Positions 11,717-24,506 of a stretch of 64,000 nt of DNA are shown here, in pieces. The notes under the pieces are model-generated. The model did not search any database. It was not told the origin of the DNA and worked only from the letters and a program-made list of their open reading frames with translations. How positions within the stretch are numbered: position 1 is the first letter of the stretch; each line of letters begins with the position of its first letter. Origin of the DNA: Octopus sinensis (Eukaryota); the NCBI RefSeq assembly GCF_006345805.1, contig NC_042997.1, forward strand, positions 116,126,001 through 116,190,000, in the 5' to 3' direction. The position numbers were made by a program, and so were the translations under genes.

Positions 11717-11880
11717 TGGCGATCTGGCAGAAACGTAGCACGCCGGGCAAAATGCTTAACGTCTGTCTTTGCCTTTCATCTTTGCGACGTCGATAAAATA
11801 AGTGAATAGATGAGCACTGGGGTCGATGTACTTGACTTCACTTCCTCCAAAATACTGGCCTTGTGCCAAAATTTGAAACC
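11717..11880 (+). mobile_element. Diverged SINE A copy
   Basis: ggcgatctggcagaaacgtagcacgccggg...gcctttcatc...actggggtcgatg...ggccttgtgccaaaatttgaaacc. Confidence 0.7.
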
Positions 11881-12548
11881 AATATGTATCTACCTGGTAG
11901 CAGAAATGTGTTTAATACGTAAACTGATCTATTGAATGGTGTTATATCACTAAATTTAGTGGCTATTTAAGCACTGTGTTCGTGGAAGGTTAATGGGTTG
12001 GATGTGGTGACGACGATAGAGCAATAACTTTGAAAATATGTATATACACCCATCACCTATTTTTCAATGTTTTCAATCGCACTGTTTACATAGACGTATT
12101 CGTTTACGAAACGTCGTAACTTTCAATGCTGGCAATAGATTCCATAGAGACTCTGTAAAGATAACTTAAAAGTCTTTCTCTATTGCTCATAGTGCCGTGC
12201 AGTGGGATTGACCCCGAGACTACGTGGTTGTAAAGTGATCTCCTTGACCACATAGCTACTCAGAAATATCCTGTTGTTGATGTTGAAATTCCAATGAAGG
12301 AGCCTTGGCTCTAGCTTAGAAAGTGGTTCTTTCTCTATTGGCAAGAAATATTGAAATAAAACTAAATAATGATACACATACACAGCTAGATAGATAGATA
12401 CACACACACTAGATAGATAAACACACTCACACATAGACATACACATTGCAGGCCTCACGCTACACCACTACACATACCGAATATCTAGAGTGACAATTGC
12501 TTGTTAATGAGCTGCGACAAAGCTGGTTAACAAGCAACGGTCGTATAT

Positions 12549-12601
<53 letters not shown>

Positions 12602-13039
12602 GTCTTCATGCTTCTCATTAGCTCTTAATTTTCTTGACTACTTATATTGAATTCTATAAACCGTTAGACAACTACAATTATGTGATCATTACTTCGAATA
12701 TCTGATATATATATATATATATTTAAAAAATAGACTTAAATTATATCCTCAAGCGAATTTCTAGAACCTGTAATATATTTCATTGTTTATAGGTTCAGGT
12801 GTGGCTGTGTGGCAGAAAGCTTGTTTTCCAACCACATGGTTTCGGGTTCAGTACCAGTGCATGGTAAGTGTCTGCTACTATAGCCACAAGCTGACCAAAG
12901 CCTTAAAGCTTTGTGAGTGGATTTGGTAGACGGTAACAAAAAAAGTAAAAGAGTAACTCTACATCATAACACAGAAATAAAAGTCATCATCGCCATCATC
13001 TTCGTACCACCTTCAAAAACAAGCTCACAGCCGATAAAA

Positions 13040-13973
13040 TATTGGTCTCAGATTTTGACACAAGGCCAGCAATTTAGGATGAGTGTGAAGTCGATTACAT
13101 CACCCCCAAGTGCTTGTCTGGTACTTATCTTATCGACCCCGAAAGGTTGACGGTATTTGAAATCAGAACGTAAAGTCGGTAGAAATGCCCATTTCTTTAC
13201 TACCCAGAAGGGGCTAAACACAGAGAGGATAAACAAGGACAGACAAACGGATTAAGTCGATTATATCGACCTCAGTGCGTAACTGGTACTTATTTAATCG
13301 ACCCCGGAAGGATGAAAGGCAAAGTCGACCTTGGCGGAATTTGAACTCAGAACATAACGGCAGACGAAATACCTGTTTCTTTACTATCCACAAGGAGCTA
13401 AACTCAGAGAGGACAAACAAGGACAGACAAACGGATTAAGTCGATTACATCGACCCCAGTGTTTCACTGGTTTTTAATTTATCGACTCCGAAAGGATCAA
13501 AGGCAAAGTCGACCTCGGCGGAATTTGAACTCGGAACATAACGGCAGACGAAATACCTGTTTCTTTACTATCCACAAGGGGCTAAACTCAGAGAGGACAA
13601 ACAAGGACAGACAAACGGATTAAGTCGATTACATTGACCCCAGTGTTTCACTGGTTTTTAATTTATCGACTCCGAAAGGATGAAAGGCAAAGTCAACCTC
13701 GGCGGAATTTGAACTCAGAACGTAACGGCAGACGAAATACCTATTTCTTTACTACCCACAAGGGGCTTAACACAGATAGGACAAACAAGGACAGACAAAC
13801 GGATAAGTCGATTACATCGACCCCAGTGTGTAACTGGTACTTATTTAATCGACCCCGAAAGGATGAAAGGCAAAGTCGACCTCGGCAGAATTTGAACTCA
13901 GAACATAACGGCAGACGAAATACGGCTACGCATTTCGCCCGGCGTGCTAACGTTTCTGCCAGCTAGCCGCCTT
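13040..13973 (-). repeat. Head-to-tail array of SINE A body units, ~184-bp period
   Basis: Junction gaaatacct(g/a)tttctttac recurs near 13372, 13556 and 13740; only the last unit retains the head. Confidence 0.9.
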
Positions 13974-14470
13974 TTTTCTTTTTTCTTTTTTTTTATATAT
14001 CGATGCACCATCCAGTCAGGCTAATTACCCGGGCTAGCCTACCTAATTTTCTCCATCCCTCCCGATCTTCCTTTAGTGTTTTTAGGTCTTCAGCTTGGCT
14101 TCGAATATATTCTGCAAGCTGTTGTATATACATCTTCCTTGGTCTTCCAGTCGCTGTTGTGCCATGATTTGGTGTCCACAGCAACACTTTACTCATAAGT
14201 TCTTTACTTCTCCATCAGTGGCCAGCAAACCTCAATCTCCTCTCTTGGATGGTCGACGAGAAAGTGGGTACATTCCCATATAACCGTTGTTTTGTTGGGT
14301 GCTCCCTCCAAGAGATGTTGAGCACTGCAGTAACACTGGTGTAGGCACTGTCCAGTAAGTACCTGAGTCTCTTGGTGAGAATCCCAGTCTGAGATCCATA
14401 TATAAGCACATATTCGACAACTGCTCTGAAGAATTCTCTTCAATTTATCTGTCGCCTTCTTAACTACAAT
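13974..14470 (-). mobile_element. RTE-clade LINE 3' fragment
   Basis: YGSQT..LTK...LNISWREHPTKQRLYG...IQERRLRFAGH and LLWTPNHG...GRPRK; poly(T) run at 13974-13994 is the tail. Confidence 0.8.
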
Positions 14471-14541
14471 ACTGGCTTTAAATGTTAGCATAAGGCCAGC
14501 AATTATGGTACTAGGAGAGTAAGTCTTTTTTTTTTTTACTT

Positions 14542-14611
14542 CAGTGCTACTCAGTGGTGGTTCGCGGACCGGTGCCGGTCCGTGTGTCATCGGATAATTT
14601 GAGAAGCACTG
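14542..14611. mobile_element. 70-bp hAT/Charlie-like MITE
   Basis: TIRs cagtgctactca / tgagaagcactg (11 of 12 match); flanks ttttactt / gtttacat match 6 of 8. Confidence 0.6.
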
Positions 14612-14849
14612 GTTTACATCGAATCCCAGAGTTTCCAGAAAAGAAAGAAACATTATAAAATGCTTATGTAATATTGTATTATTTGTTCACAAAATAAGTA
14701 TAAGATAAAAAGAATTGTCAACTTTTATTACATTCATTATATATATATCGTTTCCGGTATAAATTAACATTACAAAGAAATATTACCGGTCCCTGGCACA
14801 TTGGTGGTGGTGGGGGGACTGCTGGTACATCATATCAGATAGTTTGAGC

Positions 14850-15200
14850 ATCGAATCCCAATGTTGAGCTGGTACTATTTTATCACGGAAGGATGAAAGG
14901 TAAAGGCGACCTCAGCGAAATTTGAACTTAGAATGAAAAGACGGACGAAATGCCGCTAAGCATTTTGTCCGGCATGGTAACACTTCTACCAGCTCCTCGC
15001 CGCCTTAACAACATATAAATATTGGATTTAAATGTTTGGCACAAGGCCAGCAATTACATGGGAGGTATAAGACGATTACATCGACCTCAGTCTTCAACTG
15101 GTTCTTATTTTATCGGCCTCGAAAGGACAAATGGCAAAGTATAGAATCGAAGCCTTTTTTTCCGGCGCGGTAACGACTCTGCCAGCTCGCCGCCTTAAAT
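14850..15200 (-). mobile_element. Two diverged SINE A copies
   Basis: Both end in reverse-complement heads ctcgccgcctt at about 15005 and 15196. Confidence 0.7.
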
Positions 15201-15686
15201 AACGTATAAAATAGTGAAAATGAATTCATGTTAATTTAACACAACATTTCCTACGCGGTCAAATTTACATAATTTTCTAATTATTAATGTTGGTTGTCTT
15301 GTTATAAGATTTAAAGGATAGTACTAAACTCGTATGGTTATGGTTTGCTTTTCATTTTAATCACTTTAGAAACACTGATCCAATAAGAGAATAGAAATTT
15401 AATTTACAAAAGCAATAGTCTACAGTCATTAAAACGCTTTCGTGACTCTCGTATGAAATTTGAGTTCTCAATTACCTGCTAAGAAAATAATTGAAATTAT
15501 TTCGTATAATACGTTTAACTGTTGAAGTATTTTAACAAGAGCCTGAACTAATTTGTTTGCTATTCTTCCCTCATCTACTTCAACTTCCGTAGATGACAGT
15601 TTCATTTTTAACCCTCTCTACTAATAAGGAACTCTAAGCAGTCTTTCTCTATTGCAATAAAAACAGCCAAAGCTGGACTGTAGTGA

Positions 15687-15950
15687 AAAACAGAGTTATC
15701 AATTAACGCAGCAAAGAAAACTGATGGCCTGAAAACTGATGCCAAAGGTTACAGGAAGGACAAGAACAACGACAAAAGCTCAAAACGCCAAAAGGAAAAA
15801 CGAAGAAGCACAAAGATAGAAACTGATGGAGGCCAGGTTGTATGTAAATTTTACTTAAATGGCACTAACTGGCACGGAGAAAGGGGAAAGAGCTGTAGCT
15901 TTGTCCGTCCCAAATCTTATTGGAAGAACAAGCAGGGTAACCAGAAATAG
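15687..15950 (+). pseudogene. Decayed CCCH zinc-finger frame, probably LINE ORF1
   Basis: Stop-free frame with VVCKFYLNGTNWHGERGKSCSFVRPKSY, a C-x-C-x-C-x3-H pattern with substituted ligands. Confidence 0.45.
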
Positions 15951-16739
15951 AACCAGTAAAAACAGAGGGAAATCATCAAGCATGGATCTGCAGGCTAACA
16001 GTGCACCAACAGGAAGAAACGCGTCTCAAAAGTGTAGTCTTTTTCTATTGCCCATAGTGCCGCGTAGTGGGACTGACCCCGAGACTACATGGTTGCAAAG
16101 CGATCACCTTAACCACACGGTCACGGAGAAATACGGCAAATGAAATGACAAATACATTATCCAAAAGAATGGACACAGAGCTCTTTAGTGCAGATGGCCG
16201 TCTTTGTCCCGATCAAACTGAATATAGAATTGGCTCGGGGGCCAGTTCTGAACACTGAACGTTTCTAGCTCTTTAGGTACGAAAAGTATCCTAGCGGTGA
16301 GTGACCACTAATATGTCAGCTTTGTAAACCTTGGACAATTGTTGGGCGGTTAAACCTGTGTGCGAGTGATAACGTTGAGTTTGCCAGGTTATCGCAGGAG
16401 AAACCATGGTTGCAAGTCAGGTCGCACCCCAGATGAGAGACATGCCGCATTGGAGCAGGATGATTATTTTCAGTTTACCACAAAAAAGCAAAAAAGAAAA
16501 ACAAGACGACAATAAATAAAATGTACCAGTCGAAGTGATCAACTATTTCCAACCCCCAGCAAAATTGCTGGCCTTGTGTTTTGATATGAAACAATTACCC
16601 TTTCTATTATAGGCTCGAGGCCTGAAATTTTCGGGGGAGGAGTAAGTCGATTACATTGACCCCAGTGCGTAACTGATACTTATTTAATCGATTTTGATAT
16701 GAAACAATTATGCCTATGTCCACCATCGGCGGGATTAGT

Positions 16740-17670
16740 AAGAAATAATTTATGGAATCTAGCAAAAAAGTATTTTAGTTGTAAAATTGTAATTGACAAA
16801 CTCTTCAGTAGCACACTTCTGCCTGCGCAAGTGAGACGTGGGCTATTATGAAAAGGATAGAACATCGATTGGCTACGATGCAAAGGGCCGTGGAAAGATC
16901 CACGCTGGGAATATCACTACGAGGGCAAATTTGAAACGAGATAATTCGAGAACTGGATGCGAATTTCTTTTCTTTTACGAGAGTTCTGGACACAAGTAAT
17001 GAACTCATTTGCATACAGTCAATCAGAGCTCACCTTAGCATTGTTGTCAAGTAAACAAACACACTCTGCCAAATAAACTCAAGACGAAGAATGATGTAAG
17101 TCGACCAATCGTCAAGTTATGCCTGATTTTAGAAGGAGACAAGTAATTAGATAGATTTTCATCTATGCCTATTATCGGATTTTGATAGGGCCCCATATGG
17201 TAAAGATGTGGCTGGGAAAAATGTGGGTAGAGGGTGATGTGCTAGCAACCCTCTCCCTTTACTGTTTTACAAAGTAAACAACACAAATAACAACGCAGAG
17301 GCAGCCATAGTTGAAACAATAACAAGAACAACAAGCATTCTTAAAAGAGAAAAAAAGCATGATCATTCCTTACCCAAGTGATCTTATCTTATTGTCCATC
17401 ACTTATGTGCTCATAAGTTAGTTTGATAGTTGAGCTCTGAGTTGCTGTATACAAATGAGTTCATAACTGGGGTCCAGAATTCTCGTGGAAAAAAAAATTC
17501 GCGAACGGGGTAGTGTGAACGATGTGATTTCAGAACACCGAAAGTGCAAGTTCCGCTGAGCATGAGTCACAGACAACAGATGGACTCCTGTAGTTGTTGC
17601 TGTGTGGTATCCAAGAGACCGGAAAAAGCAACATGGAAGGCTTCCATGACGATGGAAAGACGATTTAGTT
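16740..17670 (+). mobile_element. RTE-clade LINE fragment split by a MITE
   Basis: KLFSSTLLPA/SETWAIMKRIEHRLATMQRAVERSTLGISLRGQI*NEIIRE stops near 16955; RERGSVNDVISEHRKCKFR*A..VTDNRWT..WYPRDRKK..GRLP*RWKDDL resumes near 17500. Confidence 0.75.
16959..17502. mobile_element. MITE with ~73-bp terminal inverted repeats
   Basis: 16959-17032 is an imperfect reverse complement of 17431-17502. Confidence 0.75.
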
Positions 17671-17787
17671 TAACGATTTTGAACGAAATACTAGGAAATG
17701 CGTTGTAACCAATAAGAGGTTTATAACGATATTGTGCCCAACATAGTGATATATTGAGTGTATGTGTATATATATATATATATATAT

Positions 17788-17934
17788 AGGTGCAGGCGTA
17801 GCTGTGTGGCAAGAAGCTTGCTTACCAACCACAAGGTTCCGGGTTCAGTCCCACTGCGTGACAACTTGGGCAAGTGTCTTCTACAGTAGTCTTGTGAGTG
17901 GGTATGGTTGACGGAAACTGAAAGAAGCCCGTTG

Positions 17935-17968
<34 letters not shown>

Positions 17969-17973
17969 GTGTG

Positions 17974-18008
<35 letters not shown>

Positions 18009-18144
18009 TGTCTGTGTTTGTATCTCCACCATCGCTTGACAACCGATTCTCGTGTGTTTACGTTCGGCAAAAGAGACTGATAGAATAAGTAAAAGGCGGT
18101 GTTCCAGCATGGCCACAGTTAAAATGTTTGAAACAAATAAAAGA
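17788..18144 (+). mobile_element. SINE family B
   Basis: Head, internal microsatellite and tail all present. Confidence 0.85.
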
Positions 18145-18249
18145 ATATATATATATATATTATTCTTATACAAGAATGTTGTTCCCCCCCCCAATAAATT
18201 TGTACACTACAAAGGCATGGAGTAACCCGCCAGATCATTGTAAAGTTCA

Positions 18250-18661
18250 TTATTTACATTTGTCCTCATCGTGTTTGTTGTTAACACAACGTTTCGGTTG
18301 ATATACCCTCCAGCCTTCATCAGTCTTGAGGAAATGTCGTACCTGGGTTCTCATTCATAAGGTATTTTTCTAAGGTATTATTATTATTATTATTATTCAG
18401 GTCACTGCCTGGAATCGAACTCGGAATATTTGGGTTAGTAGCCCGCGCTCTTAACTACTACGCCATATGCCCACATGCAGTGACCTGAATAATAATAATA
18501 GTGGTGATAATAATAATAGTGATGACATCGAAGAGTGCCTTGGGAGTGAGAGTCCAGCTTCGAAATTTCCCCAAGACACCTGATGAAGGCCGGAGGGTAT
18601 ATCAGCCCAAACGTTGTTATCAACAAACAAGATAAGGACAAAAATCCGTCAAATGTAAATA
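18250..18661. repeat. Fold-back element with two inverted hammerhead motifs and a central SINE-head fragment
   Basis: Arms ttatttacatttg... / ...caaatgtaaataa; HHR motifs at 18283-18323 (-) and 18575-18620 (+); inner inverted repeat ttcaggtcactgc / gcagtgacctgaa. Confidence 0.85.
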
Positions 18662-18739
18662 ATTCCTCATCTCTTAAATATAGAACTGTATTGTAAAGTT
18701 GTTTTTATTATAACTGAAAATGATAAAACAAACGCTAGC

Positions 18740-18804
<65 letters not shown>

Positions 18805-19420
18805 GTGTGTGTGTGTGTGTGTGTGTGTGTGAGTGCGTGCCTGCTTGCGTGTGTGTGTGCGTGTGAAAACCAATGCCACATTCCAAGTGTTAAGGAAGAA
18901 ATATTGTTTCTATGGCGTGAACGGTCTCCAATCGTTTGTCTACAAAAAACGCATTACGTAATATTTCACCATTGTTGCTGCTAGTGGGAATGGTAAAAAT
19001 GAAGCAGAATCAATGTCGAAGATATTCGCCAGGAAAACTCCAAGAGGACTATCCGTAGACGTGAATTGATAATATGTTAGACAAATTCGATATAGGATTA
19101 ATCACCATGGTAACACCCTTATTTCATATGTGTTTGCAATTCTTCATTTCTTGCTTTTTATTTTTTTACTCACAAATGCACACTTACAAATACATACACA
19201 TCTTTTCACACACACACACACACACACCATGCATACGTACAAGAGTATATAAATGGCTACATATAATACCATCCGTTCAAGGAGATATCTTCAAATACAA
19301 ATATACATGTCTATGCATAGGTATACATGCATATAAATACGCACATGTATTCATACATATATATGTAGATAAATTGCAATGGATGAGAGGCGTTCAATCA
19401 AATTATATATATATTATGTG

Positions 19421-19493
<73 letters not shown>

Positions 19494-19522
19494 ATATATG
19501 TATATATATATATGCATAGTTA

Positions 19523-19880
19523 ATCAACATGAACAAAGATAAAACACAACAACGTGAGGAGACTGGAACAAGTATAGTGTTATTGGACGCTCAGGAAAGG
19601 AAAGAAAGGAGGAGGATTTAACGTTTCAAGTGGAGCTCTTCGTCAGAAACATAGAAAAGGAAAGGCCCAAGGAAAGGAAGACGGAGAAATAAAATCGCCA
19701 ACGATACACACGCGGTCACATATATGCATGTATATATAGTTAACCGAAACATGAAAACACAAAGAGAAAACACAACAACGCGAGGACGTGGAACAAGTAT
19801 AGTGTTATTGGACGCTCAGGAGAGGAAAGAAAGGAGGATTTAACGTTTCGAGCAGAGCTCTTCGTCATGCATATATGGTT
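19523..19880 (-). repeat. Direct tandem repeat, ~220-bp period, each unit with a hammerhead motif
   Basis: aaaacacaacaacg...tattggacgctcagg...ggatttaacgtttc...gagctcttcgtca occurs twice. Confidence 0.8.
19617..19649 (-). ncRNA. Minimal type I hammerhead ribozyme candidate
   Basis: UUU-CUGACGA-A-GAGC(ucc)ACUU-GAAA-CG-UU-AAA; the second copy (19838-19867) has a perfect GAGC/GCUC stem but a clipped core. Confidence 0.6.
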
Positions 19881-20084
19881 ACAGGACGTTACCAAAAGTA
19901 AACAACATGAAATAAGAAAACAAATGAGTTCAGTACGCGAACAACAAAAGAAACAAATGGAAAACAGGACAAGCAGCATAAAGAACGACCCTTCATCAGT
20001 TGTCGGCTGTCTATCTACTCCTCTTGCATGTCTGTGTGCTTATATGTATATGCATTATGGGTGTGTGTGTGGTGTGTGCGTGCA

Positions 20085-20152
<68 letters not shown>

Positions 20153-20169
20153 GATCGATCTATCACTAT

Positions 20170-20988
20170 GGCACTCCGTCAGTTACGGCGACGAGGGTTC
20201 CAGTTGATCAAGTCAACGCGCAGGTGGGTGAGTACTCCACAGACACGTGTACCCTTAACGTAGTTCTCGAGGAGATTCAGCGTGAGAGAGTGTGATAAGG
20301 CTGGCCCTTAGAAATACAGGTACAACAGAAACAAGAAAAAAGAGCGAGAGAAAGAGCTTTAAGTGTTTTCGCTCAATAAACACCCACAACGCTCGGTCTG
20401 GGAATCGAAACCGCGATCCTATGAACACCATCCACTATATATATAATATACTAATAAATAAAACATATGCATATATATAAACATAAATGTACGTACCAAC
20501 CTCTACATGTACATATACACGCATATATGAGTACAGGACACCAAAAAGACGTCGAACACAATGAGAAACGAAAACATAGACACAAACCCAAGGAACTGGA
20601 CATTTTTTTAAACAACAAAAAAATAGAGTACAGGACAATTAACACAAAGAAAAAAACCCTTCTTCAGTCGCTATGGTTTCATCTACTGTGTGTGTGTCTA
20701 TAAACAGGCAGTCCGTCGGTTACTACAGCGATTGCTCTAATCGATTCACGTGAAAATGGCTGAGTACTCCACAGATACATATACCCTTAATGTAATTCTC
20801 AGGGAGATTCAGCATGACATAGAATGTGATAAAGCGAGCTCTTCGAAATGCAGTTACAACTCATTTTTGCAAGCTGAGTAAACCGGAGCAACGTGAAATA
20901 AAGTGTCTTGCTCAAGGACACAACACACCACTGGGAATCGAACTCACAGCCTTACGATTGTGCGCCGAATATCCAAACCACTGAGCCA

Positions 20989-20995
<7 letters not shown>
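20170..20995 (-). mobile_element. Two SINE family C copies or fragments
   Basis: Share gagtactccacagacac...ggagattcagc...gggaatcgaa with 43259-43628; at 20170-20425 and 20705-20995. Confidence 0.7.
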
Positions 20996-21045
<50 letters not shown>

Positions 21046-22342
21046 ATATTTTTTATTCTTTCATTTCTTTGTGTTTCAGCCTAAAGGCTGTGTCCATGCT
21101 GGGGCACCATCATTATTATCATCTTTTTAATGGCCATATCTTTGTGACTAACATTTGCAGCCCTTTTTCGACTTTCTTGCCGTTATGAGATCTTGGACAG
21201 CAGGAGGTCATGTTGTTTCTTGAAAATATCCACTCCTAATCCATGTAGATCTCTCTCCCCCTCTCTCTCTGATGTTTTGGCAAGATATTGAATAATCGTG
21301 GGCCCTTGAATCCCAAGATATTTCAGGACGTGGTCGTCGCTCTAGACGAGACGATTTGGACATTTAGAACAGTACAGTGATATCCACTTCGGGCCTTGCT
21401 ATATATCTCAGTATCATAGTTTGATGCTGATCCCACTTTCTCTGTCTGTCTATTTGTCTCTTCCTCTCTCAGTATATATATATATATATATACATTTATG
21501 TATATATATATATAATAATATATTTATTTTATGTAGAAAAATACAAACTGGGACAAGAACGTAAAACATTTAGAAGACGATACAAAAACACGGACGGGAC
21601 ATTCGAAGCCTTCAATCTCAGTCAAGAACCGGATCATCGTAGTAATTTCGTCGGCTGATTAATCTTGTGAGATCGCTCCGATCCGGCCAGCCCCAAGGAA
21701 AACTAATCTCAAGCATTAGATTTCTTAAGGAGAAGGATCGAATGTATACGAAATAGGGACAGAAAAACGGACGGTGCCACACGAATATAAAATGCAAAAA
21801 ACAATAATGGTAAAAACAGGACAAAAACAGCGGGTGTCTTACGACTAATAAACAGTACAACAAGTTTAGCTGGCGTATTTCGAAAAAATGCCTTTATCGG
21901 CAGACGAAGACAACAGATGTTTTCACGGCAGTGGTCGAAGGCCAAAAGGCTGATTTTGACCAGCGGTCACATATATATATTAATTCTTTTTTTTACTTGT
22001 TTCAGTCATTTCACTGTGGCCTTGCCTTATATATATATATATACAAGACGGCCCAAAAGAATGTTTACTGTTATTCAACTATCTCTTTCGCATTCATATA
22101 TTAACAGTTTAGATCTTAATTATAAAAAAAAAGAAATATGAAAACATTATTCTATGCTAATTTAGTTAATTTTGTCAAGCTCCCTTTTCAGTTTGTAAGA
22201 GAGAAATTTAAATGTAATAAAATGTTTTAAAAGAAATTTAAAGTGCCTACGTGATATATACATACACACACACGTGTCACACACACATACACTCACACAG
22301 AGATGGGCTGACACGTGATCACACGTACACAGATACACACAC

Positions 22343-22742
22343 AGGCGCAGGAGTGGCTGTGTGGTTAGTAGGTTGCTTACCAACCACATGGTTCCGGGTT
22401 CAGTCCCACTGCGTGGCACCTTGGGCAAGTGTCTTCTACTATAGACTCTGGCCGAGCAAAGCGTTGTGAGTGGATTTGGTAGACGGAAACTGAAAGAAGC
22501 TCGTCGTATATATGTATACATATATGTATGTGTGTGTATATGTTTGTGTGTCTGTGTTTGTCCCCCCCAACATCGCTTGACAACTGATGCTGGTGTGTTT
22601 ACATTCCCGCAACTTAGCGGTTCGGCAAGAGAGACCGATAGAACAAGTATTGGCTTACAAAGAATAAGTCCTGGAGGTCGATTTGCTTGACTAAAGCGGT
22701 GCTCCAGCATGGTCGCAGACAAATGACAAACAAATAAAAGAA
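22343..22742 (+). mobile_element. SINE family B, full length
   Basis: aggcgcaggagtggctgtgtgg...ggttccgggttcagtcccactgcgtgg...gcggtgctccagcatgg. Confidence 0.9.
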
Positions 22743-22859
22743 TATATGCACATTCACATACAGACACACACATACACACACGCATGCTTATTCCACCATA
22801 TCTTTCCTTTCAGATGTAGACAGAAAAAATTAGATATCCACTCATGTGAAACCATGATT

Positions 22860-23935
22860 TAATGTATACATATGCGCACACACACACAACCACACACTCA
22901 TTCCTGACACACGCAAACACACACATTATTCTCACAAATGCATACGAATACATTCACACACACACACACACACACACACAGAAATACATACGAGTGCTCA
23001 CACACACACACAAATTCACATGAACACATTCACAAATACCCCGCACGTACGCACACATACATTACGAACACATACAAATTCACACATGCTCACACATAAA
23101 TACACTCACGCACGCACATAAATACACACATTCTGGTACGCATACACACACACACACACACTTTTACATACACACACACAGATACATACGAAGATATATA
23201 CATTCCCAAACACACATAAATACTCAAGAACACACACGGATTCACACACATTCACATACATTCACACACGCGAACACATACATTTTCCCAGACACATCTG
23301 AACATAAACATACGTACACACACGTCTATACACGTAAAGACACACACACACACATAAACGCATACATACACATACATGAACACAGACCGACATAAACACA
23401 CACACACACACACGCATCGAACATTCGACAGATAATTTCCTCCATCTCTTAACATTTCTCCCAGCATCGATCCCTGTCTGCATCAGTTCTTCTTCCCTCT
23501 CACACCTCCCCACTCTCCCCAATATTTATGACTGATTTAATTAAAACCAACAAACGACACTCTATAATGCAATTCATTCTGCTAAAAATAACAGTCAAAT
23601 CTTCATTAAACCACACTGTGTAGTCTTAAAAGAAACCGAAAGACACAATGGAATAATGTAGTCCTACAGATAAGAAGGGATGGTCACAATTGGATGACTT
23701 TAAATGGTAGACATAGTAAGTCATGGTTGTATCGACTTTGGTCAAACTAAAATACGAATAGCTAAGTTAGAAGATTGGATGAAGTCCGGTTGGGAGGAGT
23801 GAAGCATCTCTTTGTTTCTTCTCCTTCATCAGTTTTTCAATGATCGTTCGAAGTTTCAAGAGAACTAAAATATCTTACTCACCAATGTACACACACACGC
23901 AGACGCATGTACACACACACGCATGCACACAAACA

Positions 23936-23987
<52 letters not shown>

Positions 23988-24474
23988 GCGCACACACACA
24001 CGTATACGTGTATGTGTGTGAATGTGTGCCTATATATATGTGTATGTATGTAGGAATATATAGGTATAAATATATATGTATATATATATGTGTGTGTGAG
24101 TGTATATAGGAATGTATATATATATGGATGAATGATATATATGTGTGTGTAAACAACAAACAGATGTATTAGTTTAAAGCTTGGTAAGTGAGAAAGTCTT
24201 ATACATATGCATGAATAATATATATATGTATACGCACACACACACACACATACAAGCAGACACGCGTGAGCACATACACAAACACGCATACAAACGCACA
24301 CATACACACAAACACACATACTCACAAACACACAGAAACAGAGAAACACACGCACACATACACACATGTATGCGTCTTCTTACTTTAGACCAAAGTTTCA
24401 CTGTTTCCTTGGCAATGTTTCTCCAATCTAATATATTTATTTCGGAAGAACAAGCATTTTTCCACTCAACAGGT

Positions 24475-24506
<32 letters not shown>

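Noticed and set aside
13040-13973. CRISPR-like regular repeat array
   Set aside because: Units are contiguous SINE bodies with no unique spacers, in a eukaryotic context
17030-17075. 32-nt minus-strand micro-exon with ag|gtgagc donor
   Set aside because: Lies inside the MITE and overlaps its TIR
19985-20670. CUGAUGA / CUGAAGA on the minus strand near 19992 and 20662
   Set aside because: No GAAA or stem III at a usable position
23780-23866. Minus-strand terminal exon LLKLRTIIEKLMKEKKQRDASLLPTGLHPIF*
   Set aside because: Weak acceptor; phase does not fit the nearest upstream donor near 24386; no recognisable protein
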